The notes under the pieces: model-generated
The model's input: only the letters and a program-made list of their open reading frames with translations
What the model was told of the DNA's origin: nothing
Database searches by the model: none
Shown: positions 19,909 to 30,497 of the stretch, in pieces
How positions within the stretch are numbered: the first letter of the stretch is position 1
Layout: every line of letters starts with the position of its first letter
Program-made: the position numbers and the translations under genes
Source: Candidatus Brocadiia bacterium
Lineage (GTDB): Bacteria > Planctomycetota > Brocadiia > SM23-32
Assembly (NCBI GenBank): GCA_046538485.1
Contig: JBKHIT010000028.1
Location: 1-58,705, forward strand
Direction of reading: 5' to 3'
Length of the DNA: 58,705 bases

Positions 19909-22900
19909 TCATTTCGCCGTGCAAACAATCTGATCTTTGCTCCGCACGTATATCACTGTGGACGATTCGGCGGGTTTTGCCACGTTCATGAAACCTTCCT
20001 CGTCCCCCCACAATACCCATTCAATATTGGTTTCAAGACGTTTGAGTGGAGCGTCGGTACTTTTTTTGACGGTAAGGCCTTTTTTTGACGATGCAATTCG
20101 GATGAGACCTTCCGAGCTTACGGCGATCCCATCTATAACGGCTTTAATACCGTCGAGTTCCTTTTCGCAGAGCACTGTGAAACCGTTCAAACTGGCCGCG
20201 TGGAGTCCTTTCCACCCCGGGGCCGTCAGGGCCCCGTTTCGGCCTCCGCCTACCTCTGGATTGACATCTCCGGTGAGCAAATCCAGTCCGGGATACTTTT
20301 TCTTCTCGCTGACTGATCGGTAGTACGGCGTGCAGGCGGCCGCCGTGATATCTCCGGTTCTGCCGACTTGATGCAGGATTGGGTTTTCCAGCGGCAAGCC
20401 TGATTTGTGATCCTGATGAAGCCGTTTCATAATTTTTCGTAGAAATTGGGGATGTTCTTGCGACGCGCTTTCCAGTCCGTCGAAAATCACGCAGCCCCGG
20501 TATTCGTCGGGAGAATGCCAGAGAACGACGGCGTGCTGATTTTTCTTTGAAAGAAGCGGCCGTATATTTCCGTCTTTGATTTTGAAAGAGCAGCGCAACT
20601 TGGCCCGGGACACGTCGAGTGATCCCCCATTGGCAGTCGTGAAACTGTGTTCTTTGAGTTTTGGTTTTCTGACGCTCTCGCAGCTCAGTTTGCCGCTCCA
20701 GGGCCAGGCGTTAGCACCGGCAAGATAGCCCGGATTGACGTACAGAATGCCTTTGCGCTTTTTCAACCACTGGAGGATGGCACTACGTGCGGCTTCTGTA
20801 ATGTTTTGTGGGTGTCTGAAAAACATGAGGCGGTAATTTTTCAACGCCAATCTTTCGCATTTATTGGCATCACAGAGGAAATCGTACGTTTCGGGGATGG
20901 CCATGCCGGGGACAAGCGGATAGGGCGTCCGCGGGCGTGTCCACACGCTGACGCCGGGTCGCACAACGAGGACGGGCGGTTGAGGGGACATTCGGGGAAG
21001 TCCCTGGAGGATGCGGGCACAATCGTAGACGTATTTCTGGTAGATGCAGAAACCGCGCATGAAATTTTGTTTGCCGGTTTCTATTTTCTGAGCAATTTCT
21101 TCCTTTCGGCGGGCTTCTTCTTCCTCTTTTTTTTCAGCATCCAGATCCAGAAGCGTTTCTTCTTCCTCGCGTTCTTCAACGACCGTGTCGGCATCGGGGG
21201 TTTTGACTTCGGGGGCGTAATCTTCTTCGGCACCTCTCCAGGCGTAGTTGATGGCTTTCTTCAAAACCGGACTTTCTCGGCCAAGATCTTCGACAAGGAC
21301 GGGTACGCCGACCATGCAGCCGGTTTCCCGACGATCGAAATCTTTTTTGACGAAGATCCAGATGCTGAACCAGCCGGGATCCGCCCCGGCAGCGTAGGCG
21401 CTGACCGAGTCGGCCCACGCGCGGCGGCTCCGGGTATCGATGAGATTCTCCGGCATCTTTTTTGTCCGTCTCACCGCATTCATTTCGTAACCTCCGATCC
21501 CGAGGCTCAGCCAGATGACGGGGCGCTCGGGCCAGAGTGTGCGGTATCGGCGGATCATGTTGTATACGGAATTCCGATTGCCGGCTTTGTAGTGATAAAT
21601 ACCGCCCACGTCGAACTTCCACCGGTGATCGGCCGGAGTAGGGCCTGTGCCGTGAAGAGCCTGACCGGGCAGGAACGTCGCGACCTGGATCCCGGGTCGG
21701 AGCCGGCCGTAGCGCAGATGCACGTACCGATAAAGTTCGTTGAAACCGTCAATTGACCGTTCCAGCGCCCATTTTCGCCAAAGACGCTTCTGCACGGAAC
21801 TCAGATTCTCCAGCTGACCGTTTATTTTGGCCGAGTCAAACCCCTGTCTCCGGCAGAACAGTCGCCAGCCATCCTCCCAGAGTGTCGTTGTGCGAAGATT
21901 CATCGTTTCTTCGCCAAAAACCATCCCATCGATATAAGCCAGATTCTCGAGAGGAATTTCATCTTCCATTCTGAGCCAAAAGCGATCTCGCCAGTGACGA
22001 TTTACGGTCACCAGGCCGGGTTGACTGACGGGGCTCACGCGCCCAAACAGAATTTTCCCTGCTTCCCAGGCGCGTTTCCAGTTTTCATCGACATTGATGT
22101 TCAGATTGTAATACGCGGTGAAGGGCGATTCCGCGGCGTCCCGACCGTGTCCACAGAGCCATGTTTCGACTTTCTTCTCTCCGACTTTGTGGGCTGCCGT
22201 TGGGCGGGGAGGCAGGGGACTGCCCATGGCCCGGGCGATGGCATCTTTGAGATAGAGTTTCGTTGCGCGGTCGGTCTCATTTTCGGCCAGCTGTTTCAAT
22301 TCATCGATATGGTTTTTGGCGGGTTGTTGCGCCAGAAGGGCGGCAGCGTGGAGTCGTAGCCAGCGGTATGGCGAGCGGGCGGCGGAGAGCAATTTTACGG
22401 TAACGGTTTCCGGCGACCGTTGGGTAAGTTTTTGCAGGCCAAACGCTCGGACATGTGGATCTCGGTTCTCGGCCCCTTTTTTCAGGGCTTCTATTGCCCA
22501 TTCGTTCTCATCTTGCGCGAGGCGGGCAATGATGCGTTTCCGGATGTACGGATGTTCCGTCTGGAGATCGAACAGCATCGCCTGCTGCATGTCGTCTGGC
22601 CGGAAGGGACCCAGCGCAATGCGTGCCTGTCGTCCCACCGGTCCACAGGGGTCATCGGTGAGGATTTTTGTTTTTTCGAGCAGTTTGGCCGAAGCCTTTT
22701 GGGGAAAATTGTTCAGGAGTGCGAGGACAACTTTCTCCCGCGGATCGTCGAGCATTTTGAGGAGTCGTTCGGGGCGCCTGGCCTGGAGCCGAACCAGCGC
22801 CCGTTGCGCGGGCACTCGCACCCCCGGATTGCCCTGGCGAACAAGCTCAGTCAGCAGGGGAATGTCTTGAGAAATGGCGGATTCAGCGAGGCTCTTCACG

Positions 22901-24156
22901 GCCACCGGATCAGGTTGTTGGTCTTTTGCAAGCACGCGCCGGGCCATTTTCCGGAGGCGTTGTGTATTTTTTTCGTTTCTCTCAAGGCCACCAATTGCGC
23001 CGAGGGCGACGCAGACGTTCTTATCCTCCGCAAGTTTTTTCAGGGTCTTCTGAACTTCAGCACCCTTGCAATCCTTCAGCGCTTCGGCGGCCGCGAGGCG
23101 AATACGGGGCTTTTCATGTTCGGCCGCGGCGATCGCGATCGGTCGGGCTTTTTGGGGGCGGACGGCGGCCAGAACGCGGAGAGCGCCGGTCTGACCTGGG
23201 ATGGCATCTACTTTTTTCCCTCCGGATCCAGCCGTTGTGCCGGGGATCTCGGGTCCAGTGGAAGATCCGAGCCCGAGCCCCTCGTCATCATCCATCTCCA
23301 GAAGGCTTTTTTCTCCCTGAAGGGGGGCGGCCATTGACACCAGATCTTCGAGGAAAAACTCCGGGCGCTTTTTAACGAGGGAAAGGGCGTTTTCCTCCCA
23401 TTTTGTCCCCAGGGCGGGCCCCAGGGCGACCCGGGAGAGATCGAGAGCCTTTTCGGCGAAATCCTGATCGCGGTTCGCCTGCTGCAAGAGCAACAGAGTG
23501 CTGCTGAGGATTCTCCCGCAGAGCCGGGGATTCTTGCGGTTTTCTGAAAAAGGGGAGACGAGCAATCTCAGACGCGTTTCGCCGGAGTTTCGTGGCCAGC
23601 GAGAGTGGATCAGCCGCGAGAGATAACAAGCCTTGAAGACGCGAGGATCCTCTGGATCCGGTTGCATAAGATGTTCCCGTGCACCATCGGGAAGCTGAAG
23701 CTGGTCAGCCACCATTTCTGCGGCGTTGACGACAGCTTGGAGCATTGGGCGATCCGCAAAAAGCATATCTTTTTCTGCCACCCCATCCTGCGAATGGAAC
23801 CGGAGAAGCAGGCGCCCGTCGGCGTTTTGAAACTCAATCACAAAATCAACGGGCACATATTCAGAAAAAGCCTTTTGCAAGCCGTCTTCGGGTCGGGTGC
23901 GGATGCCGCTGGTCAGCTCGGAATAAATGGCCCGGGAACGCCGGTTGCTGACGACCGCGACCTCGGGGGCCGGGTTAAGTTTGTCCCGAAGATAGAGCGC
24001 GAGCACCGAGGTGCCGACACCTTCTGCGCCCGCGTGGCGGACGGTCTGAGCCGAGGGAAGGGCGACGCGAACAGGCCGGGAGCTCTCATCGGCGTAAAGG
24101 GGCAGGCCAGCGAGCAGGGCAAAGGCAAGGACCGATTTCAATATGATACGTGGCAT
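19909..24156 (-). CDS. Secreted HEAT-repeat protein with a C-terminal putative catalytic (glycoside-hydrolase-like) region
   Basis: 1415 aa; signal peptide (..LLAGLPLYA); repeated helical motifs such as RIRLAAAEAL, PHVRAFGLQKL and WLRLHAAALL; aromatic-rich C-terminal half (function inferred). Confidence 0.75.
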   Translation of the reverse strand: MPRIILKSVLAFALLAGLPLYADESSRPVRVALPSAQTVRHAGAEGVGTSVLALYLRDKLNPAPEVAVVSNRRSRAIYSELTSGIRTRPEDGLQKAFSEYVPVDFVIEFQNADGRLLLRFHSQDGVAEKDMLFADRPMLQAVVNAAEMVADQLQLPDGAREHLMQPDPEDPRVFKACYLSRLIHSRWPRNSGETRLRLLVSPFSENRKNPRLCGRILSSTLLLLQQANRDQDFAEKALDLSRVALGPALGTKWEENALSLVKKRPEFFLEDLVSMAAPLQGEKSLLEMDDDEGLGLGSSTGPEIPGTTAGSGGKKVDAIPGQTGALRVLAAVRPQKARPIAIAAAEHEKPRIRLAAAEALKDCKGAEVQKTLKKLAEDKNVCVALGAIGGLERNEKNTQRLRKMARRVLAKDQQPDPVAVKSLAESAISQDIPLLTELVRQGNPGVRVPAQRALVRLQARRPERLLKMLDDPREKVVLALLNNFPQKASAKLLEKTKILTDDPCGPVGRQARIALGPFRPDDMQQAMLFDLQTEHPYIRKRIIARLAQDENEWAIEALKKGAENRDPHVRAFGLQKLTQRSPETVTVKLLSAARSPYRWLRLHAAALLAQQPAKNHIDELKQLAENETDRATKLYLKDAIARAMGSPLPPRPTAAHKVGEKKVETWLCGHGRDAAESPFTAYYNLNINVDENWKRAWEAGKILFGRVSPVSQPGLVTVNRHWRDRFWLRMEDEIPLENLAYIDGMVFGEETMNLRTTTLWEDGWRLFCRRQGFDSAKINGQLENLSSVQKRLWRKWALERSIDGFNELYRYVHLRYGRLRPGIQVATFLPGQALHGTGPTPADHRWKFDVGGIYHYKAGNRNSVYNMIRRYRTLWPERPVIWLSLGIGGYEMNAVRRTKKMPENLIDTRSRRAWADSVSAYAAGADPGWFSIWIFVKKDFDRRETGCMVGVPVLVEDLGRESPVLKKAINYAWRGAEEDYAPEVKTPDADTVVEEREEEETLLDLDAEKKEEEEARRKEEIAQKIETGKQNFMRGFCIYQKYVYDCARILQGLPRMSPQPPVLVVRPGVSVWTRPRTPYPLVPGMAIPETYDFLCDANKCERLALKNYRLMFFRHPQNITEAARSAILQWLKKRKGILYVNPGYLAGANAWPWSGKLSCESVRKPKLKEHSFTTANGGSLDVSRAKLRCSFKIKDGNIRPLLSKKNQHAVVLWHSPDEYRGCVIFDGLESASQEHPQFLRKIMKRLHQDHKSGLPLENPILHQVGRTGDITAAACTPYYRSVSEKKKYPGLDLLTGDVNPEVGGGRNGALTAPGWKGLHAASLNGFTVLCEKELDGIKAVIDGIAVSSEGLIRIASSKKGLTVKKSTDAPLKRLETNIEWVLWGDEEGFMNVAKPAESSTVIYVRSKDQIVCTAK

Positions 24157-24257
24157 TTTTTGGTAGGCTCAAAAATTAAAATGATTTTTATGCATACGCA
24201 GTGAACCGGCCGGATTTGAGCGAGCTTTCAAGATCACTATGGACTGGCGCGTTTTTT

Positions 24258-24398
24258 TTACGGTGGGGGTCCCGTATAGCAAGCTTTTGAATTCGGAGGA
24301 ATCAGCATTGCGGCGAGAATAGCGATGATTGCGATGACGACCAGCAGTTCGATAAGGGTAAAAGCTTTGCGGTGCCTCACAAGAAGTTTCCCGTTCAT
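24258..24398 (-). pseudogene. Truncated prepilin-type (DUF1559-like) N-terminus, 46 aa
   Basis: Manual translation [46 protein letters not shown]; not in the ORF track. Confidence 0.8.
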
Positions 24399-24429
24399 TC
24401 AAAAATGCTGCTTTTTATCTGTCACCGCC

Positions 24430-24460
24430 ATTGTACCTTGTCCCGGAAGGAGATTGTCAA
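24430..24460 (-). promoter_or_regulatory. Possible sigma70 promoter for the mini-pilin and HEAT gene
   Basis: TTGACA-N19-TACAAT; spacer is long. Confidence 0.4.
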
Positions 24461-24639
24461 GCGCATAGGTTCGTGAAAGGAGGGGATCTGAACGACGTGA
24501 GATGTGTCATGATCACGTGTTGGTAGACCTTTACTTATAATATCCGGGGTTGGAGTGGCCCCACCATTGCGAAGGCACGGAGGATCGTGCGATCTGGGCC
24601 CGTGATTCTGGAGGGCGGCGCCGTGGCGCCGCTGAAGAG

Positions 24640-25034
24640 GTCATTGCGAGGATGCCGGAGGCATCCGCGGCAATCTCGCTGTTGCGCTGGGAAAACGACG
24701 AGATTGCTTCGTCGCTGTCGCTCCTCGCAATGACGGCCTGTGTACGTTAAACGCGTACTCCGCCATGGCGGAGGAAGCGGGACTTGAGGAGGATGAAATT
24801 TGGGAAATGGCGACTCGGACGAAACGGCCCGCGTTCTGAACTCCAGCCCCGCGGGAGCGGTTCTGAAGTCCAGTCCGCTCACGGGTCACAATCTTCTTCA
24901 CCCACGGGGCAAGCCCGCAGGGGCCGATGGGGGGCGCGGGAGTCGATCCAGGAGACCGGACGGTTCAGGAACGCATGCAGCACAGGCTCTCCAGTCTGTG
25001 GACCGGCCCGTCAGGCCCGGATAGATGGCTTCAG
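24640..25034 (+). repeat. Palindromic element GTCATTGCGAG..CTCGCAATGAC plus families A and C
   Basis: 24640-24734 has 13-nt terminal inverted repeats (partial copy 46995-47065); A 24829-24880; C 24977-25000. Confidence 0.8.
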
Positions 25035-25285
25035 GGTTCTGTTGTTCACGGATATGTGACGCCAGGGTATATTCCGGGGAGTTTCAAAGACCAAGAACTT
25101 TCTCTCTCAAAACCTTGCGGTACTTACACGGAACCGCGCAAGTCTGGATCGCCCGTTCCGCGAGTTTTTCCCCAGGGATGGGATAAGGGGGCTGGAAACT
25201 TAACGGTAATTTGGAAGAAAAGGGACTTTCAAACACAGAATCGATGTCACGGACCCCGGATCTCAGAGGGTCTATCCCACATCTC

Positions 25286-26698
25286 TCAGACGAATTTGAA
25301 AGCGTACAATTTACAGTCGCGCATCCGAAATCGCAGACGCACGGGTTTGTTCGCCAGGGGAGATAGTTGGCGCTCATTTTGCCAGGTGACAGGCATCCGC
25401 ACGGAGTTGCCGACCAGGGGGACGGCGTCAGGCCCCGAAAAACCTTCAATCGGATTACCTTCTGGATCAAGGATCTCGACGACGCACCATCCGCCTCCCG
25501 ACGTGTCGAGATTCAAGATTAGCTTGTCTCCTTCGAACCGGAGTGGAACGGTCAGAATTTCCCCACCGGTGTAGGACGCATCCGCGGAGACGAATCCGTC
25601 GAGTCGCATAACCACGCGACTGATTGCACCGATGTGTTCACCGGAAGGAGTTGCCGGGTCAATGTTGTGATCGTGATCTTTATTGCTACCCGCGTAGTAG
25701 ATCCATACCTCGTCATCTGTGATTACCGGGTTGGGCATTGCCCAGACGGCCATGGAGTCGAACTGACCCGCGGGCCCGAGCCGCATGAAGGGACGTTTTC
25801 CCCCCGGCCGTGAGAAATGGCGGCCGTCCCGGCTTGCAAACAGCCGCACGTCCGTGGTGGCGGGCTGATCGCTTCTCTTCCCTTCTTCCCACCGCTGCCA
25901 ATGCCAGTAGGCCTGGGCGAGCATGAAGTAAATGCCGTTTTGGTCGGGGTATTTAAAAACCCCGCCTCCGTAGTAATCCATCGCGGGGCGGTTGGTCTTG
26001 ATGGGGGCGAGCAGGTCATCACCATCGGCTTCCAGCACCACCCGGTCGTCGACCCATTTCGAGAGATCTTCCGAGGTGAGGCGCCGATGAGTGCGATACC
26101 GCTCCCGCCTGTCGTTAGAGTCGATCCACAGTCGGGTGTAGAGCACATAGGAATCGTAGGCCGGATCCCAGAAAGCAACGCTCTGAGTATCGCAGGAACC
26201 GATGGTATACATACGGGTTGTTTCCCAGCGCAGCCCATCGGGGGAACTGTACAGCCCGAGCTGACCGCCGGGACGGGTTTTCCTCAGGGTGCGGTATCGT
26301 TCCTCATCCGGTGCATGGGGATCCATCCAGATCGTTCCACCGCCAATGGGACCGCTCTGGACGATGTTGTTATCTTTGGATCCATCCACCTCCACCAGCC
26401 CGAGTTCTGGTTTCGTGAAATTGACGCCGTCGGTCGATTCGGCATAACAGGTGTGACGATAATCGTCCCCCATGCTTTCGTACCAGAGCCGAATCGTATC
26501 ATTTTCCGGCAGAACACAGCTGTTCATCCTCCAGATCCCGCTGCTCGGCCCTCCCTGTTCCCACGGGCGGTCCTTTTGAATGAGAGGGTTGCTTGTCCGA
26601 TGGGGCGGGTTCATGGTCAGTTCCAGCGCGGAAGATTTTTCGATGAGGGCGTCGTCGACAAATAGCTGCTTGCGATTACCGATATTGATGGGTTCCAC
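25286..26698 (-). CDS. Beta-propeller glycoside hydrolase-like protein (GH32/43/130 clan-like)
   Basis: QLFVDD, YAESTDGVNFTKP, SPDGLRW, ASRDGRHF and MRLDGFVS (Asp-box-like S-x-D-G motifs). Confidence 0.75.
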   Translation of the reverse strand: MEPINIGNRKQLFVDDALIEKSSALELTMNPPHRTSNPLIQKDRPWEQGGPSSGIWRMNSCVLPENDTIRLWYESMGDDYRHTCYAESTDGVNFTKPELGLVEVDGSKDNNIVQSGPIGGGTIWMDPHAPDEERYRTLRKTRPGGQLGLYSSPDGLRWETTRMYTIGSCDTQSVAFWDPAYDSYVLYTRLWIDSNDRRERYRTHRRLTSEDLSKWVDDRVVLEADGDDLLAPIKTNRPAMDYYGGGVFKYPDQNGIYFMLAQAYWHWQRWEEGKRSDQPATTDVRLFASRDGRHFSRPGGKRPFMRLGPAGQFDSMAVWAMPNPVITDDEVWIYYAGSNKDHDHNIDPATPSGEHIGAISRVVMRLDGFVSADASYTGGEILTVPLRFEGDKLILNLDTSGGGWCVVEILDPEGNPIEGFSGPDAVPLVGNSVRMPVTWQNERQLSPLANKPVRLRFRMRDCKLYAFKFV

Positions 26699-27036
26699 TC
26701 TGCTCCTCCGTATGGAAGGCTTTGAGGCGGCGTTTCAAGCGACTTTACTGTAGCTCGCGTCTCCCGGCAAACGAATCACATTGTTTGGCTGCATTGATGA
26801 GCAGGGTACAATACATTAGGCTCTGTCTGAGAATGCGGTCATCGGACCGAGAGCGAGCGAATTTGTGGCTGGTGCGGACGCCAAAGCAGGCCTATCCAGT
26901 GGAGATAAGCCGATACAGGCGGACAAAGCCGGCCGCGAATACAGCCGCTCGAATCCGGATCCGCATTTTCAGACAGAGCTTGATGCACAGCCGGTTGAGG
27001 AAATTATGTGTCTTCTCAATACAGCGGGAGTTGTGT

Positions 27037-29973
27037 ATGTCTTTTGCTGCCAGAATTGTGCTGCTGTTTTTTGTTTTACCGATGGCGGTCCTGGGGGCAA
27101 AAAAGGATTTCGCGGATGCTATTTTATTCGAAGATTACTCGCCGGAGAACCTCTGGCGCGCTGCCAACAGTACGGTTGATGTCGTGAATGCAGAGGGCGG
27201 CGAGGTCAGCTGGCGCTGGCATATTGAGGGGGGAAGTGAAGCTTTCCTGTGGGTCAGCGAAAAAGCGCCCTTCCACGATGTCATGCCGCGGTATGATCGA
27301 TTCATCTATGATATCAAATTTTCCGATGGGCGTATCGATCGGGTCTGGCCGCGCACCCGGGGGCTGATGCCATCGCCGAAGCCCGACATGACAGGGGAGT
27401 GGAATCTGTTTCACTTCACGCATCCGCATGGCCAGTGGATAACCTACCAACAAAGATTTGATGACCCGAGCTGGAACGGTTCCAGCGCTTCTCCCATCCC
27501 CGATGGGGTGAAGATAGATCGGTCCCGGGTGCTGAGTTTTACATGTTTGCCTAAAACAACCTCGGTTACGGTCACACTGCGGAACTGCCGTCTTGTTCGC
27601 GACCGGATAAGGGTTCACAAGCCGTATCTCACGCGGCCGGTCGGCTGGCCTGTATTGAAAGAGGGGCAAAATGGGCAACGATATTATGCGACACCGTATT
27701 TTGTGAAGAACGTTTCGGATAAGAAGACGACAGTTCTGCCGAAGATCCGTTCGGCGCACGAACATTTCGATGTGCGCGTTGAGCCGCAACGGGCGGGGCT
27801 CAAACCGGGCGAGACCCGCCGTTTCGAAGTGCATGCCAGCCCCGTTCAAAACCGCGAGAGCCCGGTTGGGACTCAGGAAACTGCTGTCGTGTCCTTCGTG
27901 CCGGAGGATTCACCGGAACTCGCATACCGCACGGAGACATTTTGCGCGATTCCCCTTCCGAAAGATTTTCCGCGAGTCGTGGTTTTGACGCCTGAGGAAC
28001 GGGAAGAACTGAGAAAAAAGGGGAAGAAGGCCATCGACGAGGCCGCGAAGTTCTGGATGGGGCTCTCCCTGGAGGATCAAACGGAAATTCCCGGCTGGGT
28101 CGGTGGGACCGTTGTGTGGGGGATGCCGTGTCGCTGTGAGAAATGCGAAAAGGGCGTAATGAAAGTGAGTGCGAAGTGGCTCCACATCGAATGCAACAAC
28201 CCGAAATGCGATCACACTGAATATCATACGAGAAAAGCCGATGCGCTCTGGATTGCCACCTGGTGTTCCATCCACCAGCGCGGTCCGTCCCCGCTGGCCC
28301 TGGGACGTGCCTATGTGGCAACGGGCGAGGAGAAATACGCTCGAAAAGCCATAAGTCTCTTAAGTTTGCTGGCTCGGCATTATCCCGATTTGCCGTGGCA
28401 TCACAGTCAGCATCCAAAAGGTTCCACGCATGCGGCGCCGCCGCGGCCCGGCATCTGGGCTAACGGCGCGAGCAGTCGCTGGGCGAGCACACCCACCTAC
28501 GGGACCAGTTTCATGGTGCAGGATCTGGCCCGGCTCCATAACATGATCGCCGATTCCCCATCCTGGACCAAGAATCAGAGAAAATTGGTCCACCGTGGGT
28601 TCTGGATACCCGTTGCCACGGAGATGGCGAAAATTGTGCCGGGTCTTTCGAACATGAACGACATCATAAATGCCGATCTCGTGCTGGCGGGTCATAGCAC
28701 GCGGGATGCGAATATGATACATCGGGGAACCCGATATCCGAGCGGCATACTGTCTCGCCTTCAGGACATCAGTCCGGATGGTTTCAGCAGCGAGGGAGCA
28801 CCGCTGAATTATCATTTTGCGGCGATGCATGAATGGCTGCCGTCACTCAAATATATATCCAACAGCGGCCTGCCCTGGGGTGACGTGCGAGACCGGGTGC
28901 TGGCGGCGCTGAAGATGCCGCTTCTCAGGGCATCGCTTGCGGGAATAGCTTATTGCACGGGAAATTCCGGCCGAGCATGGCACGGGGTCGATCTTGAGAA
29001 CAGGATGTTTGAACTGGCCGAAGATATTTTCCCGAAGGAAGAGTGGCCAAGAAATCGCTCATACAGTCCCGAGCCGAAAATATTCAGAGATGCCGGCTGG
29101 GCTATTCTGCGTTCGGGTGAGAAAGCCGATGAACAGGTCCAGATCGATATCGATTACGGGCGTTCCCATGGCCACGGCGACCTGGACCGTATGAACCTGG
29201 GACTCCAGGCGTTCGGCGTGCCGCTGAGCGCCGATCCGGGGAGCAGTTACAATTTCAATACCGCCGCTACGAAAGGGCCCGCGATCAAGAGCATGACGGG
29301 GCCTTTTGCGCATAATACGGTCGTTGTCGATGGCAAACATCAGTTGCGTGGTGGGGGGAGACTGATATGCTGGCAAATTAATCGGGATTACCAGGTTTTT
29401 TGCGCGGAAGTGAAAGGAATTTATCCGGGTGTTGAGTGGCGACGCCACGTCGTGCTTATCAATGGGGCAGTGGTTGTTGCGGATGCGCTTCGTTCGGATG
29501 AGCCCCACCGCTACGAGCAGGTCTGGCATTTTATGGGTGAATTCAGGGCGCGAACGCCCGTTGACGATGACCGCGCACTGCAAGGTTTTGACGAAGGAAA
29601 CTACGCCGATCTGCTTGAACCTGTGGGTTTTCAAGGTCGACCTGTACGGGCGACGTGGCGACGAGAAGGGGTTGCAGTGGATCTCTGGCAGAGCGGCCGG
29701 GATGCGGATCTCCTCTACACGGCCAGGACGGGCATTTGCTGGAACGCCGTGAGAGGGCGCCCTGTCGATTCCATTTTCACGCGCCGGGAAGGTCGTTCGG
29801 CCCGATTCGTAACGGTGCTGGAACCTCACCGGGAAGGTTCCAGAGTAGACACGGTTAAGCTGAAGGCTGAGAAAAATAAGACTGTTCTCCAACTGCGATT
29901 TCGGGATGGCGCGTCAAAAAGACTTGTCTTTACGAATTGGGGTTCGGCAGAAAGGCCGGTTCGAGTGCGCTAA
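27037..29973 (+). CDS. Secreted heparinase II/III-like polysaccharide lyase
   Basis: Signal peptide MSFAARIVLLFFVLPMAVLG; DGFSSEG..NYH, HGHGD, DPG..Y and AHNTVVVDG motifs; ORF-track start 26722 is probably too long. Confidence 0.82.
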   Translation: MSFAARIVLLFFVLPMAVLGAKKDFADAILFEDYSPENLWRAANSTVDVVNAEGGEVSWRWHIEGGSEAFLWVSEKAPFHDVMPRYDRFIYDIKFSDGRIDRVWPRTRGLMPSPKPDMTGEWNLFHFTHPHGQWITYQQRFDDPSWNGSSASPIPDGVKIDRSRVLSFTCLPKTTSVTVTLRNCRLVRDRIRVHKPYLTRPVGWPVLKEGQNGQRYYATPYFVKNVSDKKTTVLPKIRSAHEHFDVRVEPQRAGLKPGETRRFEVHASPVQNRESPVGTQETAVVSFVPEDSPELAYRTETFCAIPLPKDFPRVVVLTPEEREELRKKGKKAIDEAAKFWMGLSLEDQTEIPGWVGGTVVWGMPCRCEKCEKGVMKVSAKWLHIECNNPKCDHTEYHTRKADALWIATWCSIHQRGPSPLALGRAYVATGEEKYARKAISLLSLLARHYPDLPWHHSQHPKGSTHAAPPRPGIWANGASSRWASTPTYGTSFMVQDLARLHNMIADSPSWTKNQRKLVHRGFWIPVATEMAKIVPGLSNMNDIINADLVLAGHSTRDANMIHRGTRYPSGILSRLQDISPDGFSSEGAPLNYHFAAMHEWLPSLKYISNSGLPWGDVRDRVLAALKMPLLRASLAGIAYCTGNSGRAWHGVDLENRMFELAEDIFPKEEWPRNRSYSPEPKIFRDAGWAILRSGEKADEQVQIDIDYGRSHGHGDLDRMNLGLQAFGVPLSADPGSSYNFNTAATKGPAIKSMTGPFAHNTVVVDGKHQLRGGGRLICWQINRDYQVFCAEVKGIYPGVEWRRHVVLINGAVVVADALRSDEPHRYEQVWHFMGEFRARTPVDDDRALQGFDEGNYADLLEPVGFQGRPVRATWRREGVAVDLWQSGRDADLLYTARTGICWNAVRGRPVDSIFTRREGRSARFVTVLEPHREGSRVDTVKLKAEKNKTVLQLRFRDGASKRLVFTNWGSAERPVRVR

Positions 29974-30106
29974 GCGGCATCTTACGGATGCATACCAAAT
30001 AGAGCGGCGCATAGCGTTTATCCGTAACAAGTTACAACACCAAATGATCACCAGTTCCGGCCAGCACTACAATGCTTGAAATAAGCGCGTGAGCCACAAA
30101 CCCCAT

Positions 30107-30150
30107 GAGCGGACTGGACTTCAGCTGAGGGCTGGAGTTCAGAACGCGGC
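30107..30150 (-). repeat. REP family A unit in inverted orientation
   Basis: Reverse complement of CCGCGTTCTGAACTCCAGC..GCTGAAGTCCAGTCCGCTC. Confidence 0.85.
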
Positions 30151-30497
30151 CGAATTTGGTGGCAAATCTTTCCGGGGACGGGATACGGGGTTACGAAAAC
30201 TCCCCACCCTTGCGGCCGGAATCCTGACGCTTCAACCTACCCCAACAGCCGATTCCTGTCGAATATGCCCCCCACGTTGTCGGCAAGGCCCATAAACAGG
30301 CTAGGCAGTCGCTGCTGGATTACTACGGTTCTCATTTCTCAGGGCGCAGCGCTCTCTTTCCGGCCTCATCTCAGCCTCGCCCACCAAATGAATCCAATTG
30401 GCCTGAGAATAGCCACTTTACGGGATCCCAATGATAGAGAATGCGATCAAAAGGGCGTTGCAGGCATTTTCCAACATTTCTAAAAACGCAGTGATTA

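Noticed and set aside
30024..30035. Palindrome GTAACAAGTTAC as a GntR operator
   Set aside because: Single short site between convergent gene ends with no second copy noticed
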